From assembly GCA_010909165.1 (NCBI GenBank), contig MU008157.1, positions 992,001-1,056,000 of the forward strand: DNA of 64,000 bases, read 5' to 3'. The notes beneath the pieces were generated by a model, which was not told the origin of the DNA, did not search any database, and was given only the letters and a program-made list of their open reading frames with translations. How positions within the stretch are numbered: the first letter of the stretch is position 1; every line of letters begins with the position of its first letter. Shown here one piece after another: positions 13,201 to 22,999 of the stretch. The position numbers and the translations under genes are program-made. The stretch is from Anthoceros angustus (taxonomy: Eukaryota > Plantae > Anthocerotophyta).

Positions 13201-13970
13201 CATGCTGATAGTAAGCTAAAGGACACAGATAGCGAGCCTCTTCACATCAACAGGCTGAAAGTGCTAATGTGGTGAAGAATGTAAGTCAAGATGAGGCGGG
13301 ACGTCATGACAAAGTGAACGAAGTAGAAAAAAATATCATTGTTCATGGGAAGAGGTGGACCGATGTGGGCGACAAACCTCCTGTGTTAGGGGAGAGAATT
13401 ATGAATGGAATCTCCAACAAGGTTGTTCAGGCTAGTGAAAATGGTCACAAGACAAAGCAGAGTAATGGAGTGGACAGGCATAGCCACAAACATAATGGAG
13501 TGTTCAAGGGGTTTGCGAAATGAAGGGTGGATCCAAGGCACGTGAAGAGAAGAAGCAAATGCCCAAAGTGGGCGGATCTCCTGCCAAGGTCTATGATAAT
13601 GGTCAAGCACCTGGGCTTGCAAACGATCATAGTGACGACGTGTATCGGGCAATTGAGACAGCTTCATGGTGAAGGGAGTTGTCCAAAATGGTGGCAGTGG
13701 CCTCATAGTGGATAGTAATGGTCATCATGTCATTGAGGCGAGCATGAGCCATGCATCTACCCCAAGCATTGAGGCTGTGACAAGCAACAGTGGTGAGTGA
13801 AATATCACGTTTGGTACTATAGCTGAATGTGACATAAAGGCATCAGTTGAGAACACAAGTTCAGTAGATGGTGAAAGGAGTTATAGGCCTAAAGCCATCG
13901 GTGAAAGCAAGGAACATGTTAAACCTCCCCCCATAGATTGGTTCAAATAGTATAAACGATGTTGAGGCAT
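10230..13970. other. ~3.7-kb segment present in block A, absent from block B
   Basis: The flanks (…ggtggtggact / …tacgtcacca…cctgcatcac) lie close together at ~39790-39880 in block B. Contains short tandem duplications at 10740-10835 and 12325-12450. Confidence 0.8.
12552..13900 (+). pseudogene. Disrupted low-complexity (N/G/S-rich) coding remnant
   Basis: Successive broken ORFs contain DEGWQEVVRRGR and SYKDAALA. These recall the C-terminal motifs of plant CLU/REC(TSS) proteins but also LINE ORF1-type motifs. Preceded by a polypyrimidine tract. Confidence 0.4.
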
Positions 13971-14859
13971 ATACGTCACCACCTGCATCACTTGTTCGTC
14001 ATACTCGGAATTTGCTTGTTTGTACGCTTGCAGGGAGTGAATAAAAGGACCTGAGAATTTGATCCAGATAAGCACGTTCGGTCTAGTGTGACTTCACGTT
14101 CGTCATCTGACACGAATCAGCTCCGGGTTCAATTCCCGGTGAGTGCATACGTGGGAATTGTGCAGAATAGATGTGTATTTACTGTAGGTTTAAGAAAAAA
14201 GGAAGTCCAAATCTGGTAGGTAGTCATTTTGGAGTGACTGCCATCCGTCCTCTCCCAAGCTCGTGCTGGGTGGTGCCCGGATCTCTCTCTTACCTTCCGA
14301 AGCCTCGATGACCTTTGTTTGCCTCCAGAAGAAATCTGCCGAGGAGGATGGGTGAGGCCTTGGCGATCTCCCTTGCCTAGTGTTTGTGCTGCAAGAGTTC
14401 GGCATGGTGGATCCTGCATACGTCGAGCATTGGACAGAAGAAGAGGAGATGTTCCTCGTCGTCTACCTCTTTGGAGTTCGCAGCGTAAGCAGAGCTTGTC
14501 TTCCCTGGCCAGGTTATTCCTCCCAAGCATATTTCCGAGGGAGTGGCCTCATGGGCATTTCCAAGGTTTCAATTGACAAGGGCTTGCACAGTCTGCTTGT
14601 GGCCATGCCTTGCAGGAATGGTCTAGAATGCTTCATTCTAAACTTCGGCTTGCAGGAGGAGGTTGAAGTGCCTTTGTTTTGCAACGTTTCCAGCATGCCT
14701 TCTTGTACCTGGTCGAGGTGGACTGGGCATCATCCATGGTCGAGGTGGACTGGGCATCATGCATAATATTGCAGTAATGAACCCTGGCTGTGATGCCAAA
14801 GCCTTGTACCATCAAACCGATGTTTGCCTACAGTGGGAGGGCCAACTGTGCCTAAATCT

Positions 14860-16290
14860 CTAACCTCTGCGTAGGCACGTGCACGTGAGTACACCAAGTG
14901 GTGTTCCTTCCATTACCTAGACCAAGCAAGCATGGCCAGATGGTTGCCAACTTGTGCTCACTTGAATTGTTTGCTGCAGTCGAACTTTGGAGTTCCTCCA
15001 TTTGAGCATGTAACCCATGGCCAGATAGTGGCCAACTTCTGCTCACTTGAATATGGTTGCCAACTTGTGCTCACTTCAAATGTTTGCTGCAATAATTAAT
15101 CCCTGAAAAATCGAGGCAGGAGCATGCCACTTGCACTGCATACGTTGTAAGTCTGTATGAGTGTTTCTGGCGAGTTTCTGGGGCCTTGGACTGTGCAAAA
15201 TTCTGCCAGTTGCTTCAATTCAGCAACATGTTTAGTTCAGCACAATGTTCGATTGCAACAATTTGTTGGACCTCGGCAAAGCTTCGATTTTGGAGCAGCA
15301 TCTTGGATCGGAGACAGTCTCCTATGCAGAACAGTGACATTTCCTGCTAGAAGCCCTGAGTTTCGGGAGGTTGCGGATGCTGCGATTGTGGCAAAGAAAC
15401 CATGTTCGGCCCTTCGGATCAGAGGCTGATGTTGGCCCACCGATGAAGCTTGCTGAAGTGTAGCATTACAAGTTAGCCTACCAGATTTGATTCGGTGTGA
15501 CTGCAAAACTAGTTGGCTTCCTAGCAGAAACCTCCAGCCTGGATGCAGGGATGGTAGCGGGACACTGAGGAAACTGAACCTTGTCTTCCACTCATTTAAA
15601 CTTGCTCCTGTCCTCTTCACTTCACGCGTGAGGGCTGCACTGGTGATATGCCAATTTGACCAAACAGTCCGAAAAACCTCAAGATGCAAGACCTAAAGAC
15701 CCCCTACAGAAGCAAGCAAGCTGAAGTCGGGCAAAAGCCCAGCAGACATGAGGTCCGCATGAAGACGACAAATCTTTGCGTGAAGACCTAGTAAAGAGTG
15801 TGCTGTGCTGTCAAGTACATTTCCACACTGGCAGTCTGGCAATCCGGTGGTAGAGTGGAAACTTGTCAAGGCATAAACTCGGGAATCTTGAAACCTACCT
15901 GCCCTCATCAAGCTAGGTACTCCAGGAGAACCAAACCTGGAACGGAATCCCAGCACACGGTCGGTTTTCACTTGGATAAGGCCACCTCTCCACGCAGCGT
16001 TCATCCAGGGTTCGGTGGCACTTCGAAGGCAAGGCTGGCGTGGGCGACCCGATGACAGGGACACGAAATCAACTGCAAACCAAGTCGGAAATTGTATCGT
16101 TCTCAGGTGAGAGTGCGCAAAATCCTTGGAAAGTACTCGCCAAACAACGGGGGAGTCACATGACATTCCTGGTTGTTTCGAGTTTGCTTTCCACAACATG
16201 TGCCCTCAACAAAGCTTCCTGGCTTTCTGCTCATACTTCGATCGCTGTGTTTTGGAAATTTCGACCTTACGAGGACGTTGAGAGCATTCC
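14860..16290 (+). pseudogene. Degenerate coding remnant, possibly NLR-type LRR
   Basis: Paralogous to 5930-6660 and extends further. Manual translation gives LRR-like pieces (MVANLCSLEL, GTLRKLNL, NLPALIKL, HDIPGCFEF) interrupted by many stops. Confidence 0.3.
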
Positions 16291-16716
16291 GAAAGCAGCA
16301 AGCACAAAAAGAGTACCTATATTTAATTCAAGCAAACACAGGATGTTTACATACGCATGGGTTCATGTCAAGAACCTACGTCCAGAACTCATGACAAGTG
16401 ATGTCCAGCAAGCAGTCCTGGCTTTGTCCCACACTTATTGCGATCTAAGGCGCATGCGGTCGATGTACATATGTATGGACCAGGTAGCTATGGGCACCTG
16501 CCCTCAGCTAACATTCAGAGGATTTAGCTACAGCGCTCTGCAGAAGGATATACTCCCCTCAGCATCGCAGTACGTACAAGACACAAACGGAACACGACCA
16601 TGGATCAATTCACGCCCTTGGAACCGTAGCTCAAGGTGGCCGGAACATGAGGTATGTGCAAGACCACGCTGATGAGAGCCCGTTCGACATGCCAATGGCA
16701 CGCAGCGCTCGTCAAT

Positions 16717-17127
16717 CTAGGAATGGCGGATCTGGAAGGTGAAGGATCCAGAGCCGATGCTTCCAGAGACGCGGGCGGTGCCACCCATTCGCAACGCAGT
16801 TAGCGAGGATGATATTGAGGTTGTTTCCGGCGTTGGAGCAGGAGGTGCAGCTGCCCTGCGACCCACAGATGTCGACGGACGCACTGCCTGCCACGGCCAT
16901 GCTGGTGCACCCGGATGAGCTGGTCTGGCAGCACTGAGACGACCCCAGGTTGCGCACGTACTGGACGCAGGCGTTGGCATCCCCTGTGTGGGCGAGTTGC
17001 CGTTGGTGGTGCACGACTGCGCCATTGCCACAGGCGCTGTCGCTGCCGCGCACAGCGCCAACACGATGAATGCGCCCGCGATCATGGCGCTCGCCGATGC
17101 GTTAGAGGAAGCAACTGTCTTGGCCAT
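16717..17127 (-). CDS. Secreted Cys-rich small protein, paralog B copy 1 (apparent frameshifts)
   Basis: ATG at 17127-17125 and TAG at 16719-16717. Near-identical to paralog A. One G is missing in a G-run (CAG GGG [G]AT) at ~16981, and there is a further indel at ~16785. Confidence 0.72.
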   Translation of the reverse strand: MAKTVASSNASASAMIAGAFIVLALCAAATAPVAMAQSCTTNGNSPTQGMPTPASSTCATWGRLSAARPAHPGAPAWPWQAVRPSTSVGRRAAAPPAPTPETTSISSSLTALRMGGTARVSGSIGSGSFTFQIRHS

Positions 17128-18364
17128 TCTCGAAGCTGGTGGGCGATTCCACAAGGGACTGATCTATGCGGGAGAGAAGAGACGCTCGGAGTGTGATAAG
17201 CAGCAGGCAGGAGCGATGCGGTTGAGTAGTGCGGATACGAGCTGCCGAGTCCCCTTCTTATACCTGTCCATGGCCAGCCAGCCTAGGCCTACCTCGGGAG
17301 GGATATCCGAACTTGCGTACGATCCGGATTCGGTGTCGGGCATGGACAGGCCTAGCTGGAGACGCCGTGCCGATGACGGCTTCGTTGCTGATCAAAGTGG
17401 TTTTGCCACGCGGCGGCGTCCCGTACCAGTTCCACCTACCAAGCAGATATATACCCACAACGTTCAGACTCATTGACGAGGGATCGCTCGATTGTACAGG
17501 TGGGTGGTGGGTATACCTCGATCCGAGTACTAGCGAAGGTGGCTGATGTTGAGAGGATTTGAACATTCTGAGTCGCTCACGTTTCTAGGCAGGAAAAGTC
17601 TTGCCCAGCTGATCACTAGACACAAGCTTCCTACATTCCAGCGCGAGGACGGCTGGAGTGGTTCTCATGAACATTCAGATGTCACCACCTGAACTGCTTT
17701 TGTGCTGTACGTAGTGCTGTCAGTATGTAATATGGACAGGCCTGTGTGGGCGTGTGTGCCTGCGAGTACATATTCCAGGAAGTTTACATCTCCAGTGTGG
17801 TTTTGGTGTTGATACTGTCTGTTAAATTCAGTTTCTTCGTGCCGTTGTGTACGAGATCGGTACATTCGCAGTTTCTTCGTGCCGTTGTGTACGAGATCGT
17901 TTCAACTACGCTTAGTGTTTATAAGCGCATCGTATTGAAACCAGAGGTATTTGGAACCGGTTGAGATCATCAGTGCCAGTACCATCTACAGTATGATCGA
18001 GGCGGCCCCCGCCCTGCATGACACATGTTCCGCATGTTTGTGACGACATCACCATGCGGCCTTGACAGGCCTTGGGAATTCACTTGGAGCGGAGAAACAA
18101 AACAATCTCTAGAAAATGAAAACCTACCCTCCCTCGTCAGGATACCTAGTCTCCATAAAATCATATCTGGAACGGGATTCCCGTACGAGAAAGAGGCTCC
18201 CTTCTTCGAAATGAGGGGTGTCCAAATGGCTAAGGCCAAATGGACACACCTTTATAGCATCCTGCGCTAAGCATGCATCCAGCGCTTACATGGTGTGCAA
18301 GTTGCCATGTACGAGAAAGAGGCTCCCTCCTCGAAACGAGAGGTCTGTCCAAATGGCTTAGGGA

Positions 18365-19000
18365 CTTTGGTACTTAACAACTTTGTACCATGGTGTGCCC
18401 AAGCTACTTGCACCAAGGGCATCCACTCCCTCGGGCACCCCATCGAATACCGATCTAAGCGGAATGTTTAACAACGACGCTTGTGTGTCCATTTGAAGAA
18501 AAAGAAGATTGGGCCAACCTCAGCCATTTTAACACACGTTTTCCACCATTTGGCATAAACCATGAGGCTAGGTTTCATCGAGAGAATAGAAGAAGAAGAA
18601 TTTTATTGAAGTCCACTAAGGATGATTTCCATGATGGGACTTGGTACTTAACAACTTGTACCATGGTGTGCCTAGGCTATTTGCACCAAGGGCATTCACT
18701 CCCTTTAAGCACCCCATCCAAGTACCGATGGTGTGCCTAAGCTACTTGCACTAAGGGCATTGACGGATTTCCGCCATGGTACTTAACAACTTATACCATA
18801 GTGTGCCTAAGCTACTTGCACCAAGGGCATCCACTCCCTTTAAGCACCTCATCTAAGTACCGATGGTGTGTGCCTAAGCTACTTGCACCAAGTGGATTCA
18901 CTCCTTTAGGCACCCCATCTAAGTACAAATGGTGTGCCTAAGCTACTTGCACCAAGGGCATTCACTCCTTTAGGCACCCCATCTAAGTACCAATCTAAGC
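18365..19000. repeat. Minisatellite of ~65-bp units with internal inverted repeats
   Basis: About 6 units of ATGGTGTGCCTAAGCTACTTGCACCAAGGGCATTCACTCCTTTAGGCACCCCATC. The arms GATGGTGTGCCTAA and TTAGGCACCCCATC are near-perfect reverse complements. Confidence 0.9.
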
Positions 19001-19136
19001 GGATGCTTAATCACGAAATTCTTATAAATGTGTGTCACCAAGTTCCTATAAATGTGTGTCCATTTGGCAAGAAATGGCATAATCGGTTGTTTAATCATTT
19101 ATGATTAATTTTGCTCCAATCGTGCTCGCCAAAAAG

Positions 19137-19177
19137 GCATTGGTGATCTAGTGGTAGAATAGTCCCACGGACCCGGG
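19137..19177 (+). pseudogene. Truncated tRNA-Gly (5' half)
   Basis: GCATTGGTGATCTAGTGGTAGAATAGT matches the 5' part of plant tRNA-Gly-GCC, followed by collapsed CCACGG/ACCCGGG. No B-box or 3' end. Confidence 0.65.
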
Positions 19178-21439
19178 ATTTTGAGCTCAATAGGTTTTCG
19201 ATGACACCCATGACGTCAACGTCCATGGCTCGCTTATTATAGCTTCGAGGCTCACAATCTCCTCATCTTCAATGGTCTACCATCTTGGCGGACTTGTAGA
19301 AATTCTTTCTTTTCCTGATGGTCATACTTCTAGCAAGAAGAGTGTTTCTCGGCATAGGGTTTGTCTCCAACCCCATTTTGGCTAACCATCGAAATGCACA
19401 TGTCTCATTTCCTTTGGGTGATTTGCGAACCCACGCCCATGCATCCGAGCCCAAGAAGACCTAATGTGCCCACCGTCCGCACAAATAGCGGACACACCTT
19501 TGTACCAAGTGGCGGATGGTAGCGCCTTATGCTCCAAAGAGTGAGGCGTCCGGCGCACTTATACTCCAAGAGGTGCAATACACCGGGTTTGGAGAGGGTT
19601 GCGTCAATACTTGTGTAGGCAAGCACTTTCGTTCAAGTTGCTTGTGCACACTTGCCACCGCACCAACACTCACATCAATTCTCTTTTCAAACCCGTGATT
19701 GAGCAATCCCAGACGGCGGGCATGCACTGGCCCCTCGTGTCGGAGATAAGCCGCACTTAGATCTGCATTGGGCCCAGCAGAATTGGACAAGGTAAAGGAT
19801 GGTGAGGCCTCCTCAACCGTTCTTGATCAAACTCTTGAGCTTACATTTCTTCTTGTCAAGTCCATGCTTTCAACCTTAATCTATCCATGGGTGGCACATG
19901 GAGCAAGTCGATCTTAAATTCAAAATCTCTGGCGAAGCTTGGCTATAGTTCGTCTCGAACACCTAGGCACGGTAGGGCGTCACGGTGGGTATAGATGTCC
20001 TCCTTGAGCCTCAAATACTCAGCCATTTGGTCAAAACCCCCAGCTCGGGCGACCAACCCTCTTTCTTCAGATACTCACTGGCTCTCACTAGGGCTCGCAG
20101 TGGCCAGGCAGATGCTCTCTTATACTTGTGTTCGACTGCATCCGACAGGCTTTCATTACTCAAGGAAAAATCATCTATTCTATTTATTTTCTTGCTTCTC
20201 TGCAAAACATTGTGAAACATTGTCGTCTTCAAAAGGTTGGCCATTAGAAACCACCATCATACATGTCGAATTTTGGAAAATGTAGCTCATCTAGAAACCA
20301 AGGCCTATGCATCTATACGTGCATCAAACTCGAATGAGCGGACATTTGGCGCACCAATCAAAGAGATCCATGCAAGTCATCGGAAGGGCACATAGAGTAA
20401 GGCCAAAAGGTTTTACATGTTGTATACAAAGCGAATGTGGGAATATAACATCAACCAACAAATGATTTTCAAAAATAATATTCATGACTTTACGCCTAGA
20501 TCGGGATGATTTACAAATTTTTCAAACCACTAAAAATCAACACTCCATCCTAGTATTGATACCTCTAGGTTGCTTAAGTGGAGTTGTTACAAAGTTTTCA
20601 AAGCGCCAAAAACAAGCAAGCCATCCTAGTTCTAATCGACCCAAAATTCTGCATGATTAAAGCACCAAGTCAAGCACCCCATCCGTCTTGATCCGACCAG
20701 GCGCTTAACCTTGGAGTTCTTATGCCATTGAGTCTATCTGCACCTATCCCACGGAGATGTTTCTAAAGACAAACAATATAAATATGCGCGGACGTCCGGC
20801 ATCCACTCCACCATTTCCATCTCGGGACGCCCACAAGATTGGGGTCTCAGAAAATCGCCGGGCTCGCGCGAGCTCCGCCAATGTGCGCGTCCGGCGCATT
20901 GTTCCAATTCCTTCTATGTTTTCACTCTAACAATGGAGATCCGGGGTTGTGTACTCACAATGCACCAGGGTCCAGCTACTTAGAGTCGTAGTTTGGTCCT
21001 CTCGAGATGGCCATGATCGCTATCGGTTAATGTTCTCTCTCGCGGACGTCCGTGCGATTGCTCTTCGACTTCGGTGCTACTTTTGCGTGTTGGTTGCGGA
21101 CGTCCGTGGTTTGGCTTCTTGGACTAATTTTGTTTGGTTTGCCTCTGTTCACCACCTTTAGGAAGTACTATCGCTGCGAAAGAGGTGTTTAGGATTCCTA
21201 GCACTTAAAATCCTTGAAATCCCTTCCTTGTGAAGGTGAAATCCATGAACCTTCTTGGCTTAAACCTAGCGTAAGTATTCACGAGAAAATAACATGGTCA
21301 ATGTCTTTCGATTACATGTCTAAAGCGTGGTTTTGCTAAAGCTGATGCATTTTGGCCCGTTTTCGGGGGTCATTTTTTGGTCTTTAGGGACCCAAACCCC
21401 TTTAATGGAGAATAACCCCTATGCTGAGAGACGCTGTTC

Positions 21440-22480
21440 AAGCTGGATTATATTATTGCTCAACTTCTATCCCGCATCTCTAACCTACGGACTAATGACA
21501 ATGTCCGCATTCAATCTGACCTTGCAAATGATTGCTTTCAGCTTTGTGCCTTGCCTCCCTCTACACCTCCCTCTCCCCCACTCTCTATCACCACCCGCTT
21601 CCCTCTTTCTCATGTACAAGCCTCTCAATATTCCTGCCTGCTCAAAGCCTCCCTTGCCTCCATTCCGCAGGACCTTCCCTTCCTCTCTATGGCCTCCGCC
21701 TCTTCCTCGGCTATACTTTCCTCCGCCAAGTCTACCTTTCCATTCAAATTCAACCTCCCTCCATCTCACAAAAATACTGCTCCCCGTCACCCCTGGTTTG
21801 ATACCGATTGTAAATGCATGCACTCCCAATTGCACCAGACCCTCCGCCAACTCCAACTTTCACCCTGGTCTCATCACTCTCCTCTCTATAAAGCTACTAT
21901 AGAGCCTTACAAGACCTTCCTCTCCATGAAAAAGGCTCGGTTCTTCCAAACCGAACACAACCATCTCACTCCATCTTGCGACGTCTCATGGTGGCTCGCC
22001 CCGGAAGGAATTCCACTCTAGGGCCCCGTTCTCCTCAAAGCTAGTCCCGAACTTCTTTCCTTTGTTGATGGACTTTACCATATCCCTCTACTATCCCGCT
22101 CCTAAGTCCTCTTATCCTGGTCTAATTATGTTTTTTTTCGCCAGATCTCGTGGCCAGAGCCATAAAGAAGCTTTTCAGCAGGTGGCTATGGATCCTGGCA
22201 TCCCTGGAAACCTCTTTCGTTATGTTGACCTTGTCTCACTCTCGTCTCACCTTGCTTCCCTTTTCAATGATGTTCACCCCATGGATTTTGGATAGTTGGT
22301 GTGAGAATTATATTCATTCAATTTTGAAGGTGACCACTCCTTCTAACTGGTTTATCACTGTGAGTCCATTTATGCCAAGATTTATAGCTCTTGTCTGGAG
22401 ATTCTCACCGCTTCTTGGGGAGGAGGCTAAGGTGCGTGCTCGGGTCGCTGGTTTTCGCCTCACCGGAATACTATGGACAA
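21440..22480 (+). mobile_element. Non-LTR retrotransposon (LINE) ORF2 fragment
   Basis: Contains an end-of-endonuclease IDY-like motif and HPWFDTDC. Also contains RT N-terminal motifs AIKKL..A.DPAGIP, LASLFN, FPDSW...IHSILKAGDP..PSN and AGFR. The frame is clearer in the copy at 45824-46363. Confidence 0.85.
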
Positions 22481-22925
22481 CATCTTTCTTGTTGATGATC
22501 TCCTTCTTCAAGTCCGCCAATCTTATTTTACAGTCCTTATGCGTGGTGATTGGGCTTCTTGCAGTAATAACAAAAGACTTTCACCTTTCTTTTTGCATCT
22601 ATCCTTTGTCCTTTCTATAGACTTGGCTTGAGGTCTTCCACCGTGATATGCCCTTCTTGGAGAAGAGTGTAGAGCTTTCGTTACCTTGTGTCCGGAAAGA
22701 ACCATCAAGCTCCTCTTCTAGAAGTAATCCAACCACCTCATCAAAAGTTGGTTGATTATCACTTGGATGTATCACTATGGATGTCCTATAGGATAATAAA
22801 ATTGCCTACAAGATGGTGGTAAACTACTTAGCAACACACGGTGATCACCTTGCCCTCAAGGTTTGATCTCTGCTTCCTCATTTGATCAACCAAGCTTTTC
22901 AACTTGTTGACATATTGTTCAAGAC
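22480..22925 (-). mobile_element. Ty1/copia gag fragment with CCHC zinc knuckle
   Basis: The minus strand reads LLSSLPPS.., NFDEVVGLLLEEE and CYYCKKPNHHA(K)DC (Cx2Cx4Hx4C). Frameshifted. Confidence 0.75.
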
Positions 22926-22999
22926 CACTTGACCCGGCATGCTCTCCAAGCCTTGAGTCAATGGCGTGCAGACACAACACACGTCCTACAAATATCACA

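Noticed and set aside
18365-19000. CRISPR array with palindromic repeats
   Set aside because: The intervening sequences are conserved rather than unique spacers, and there are no cas genes.
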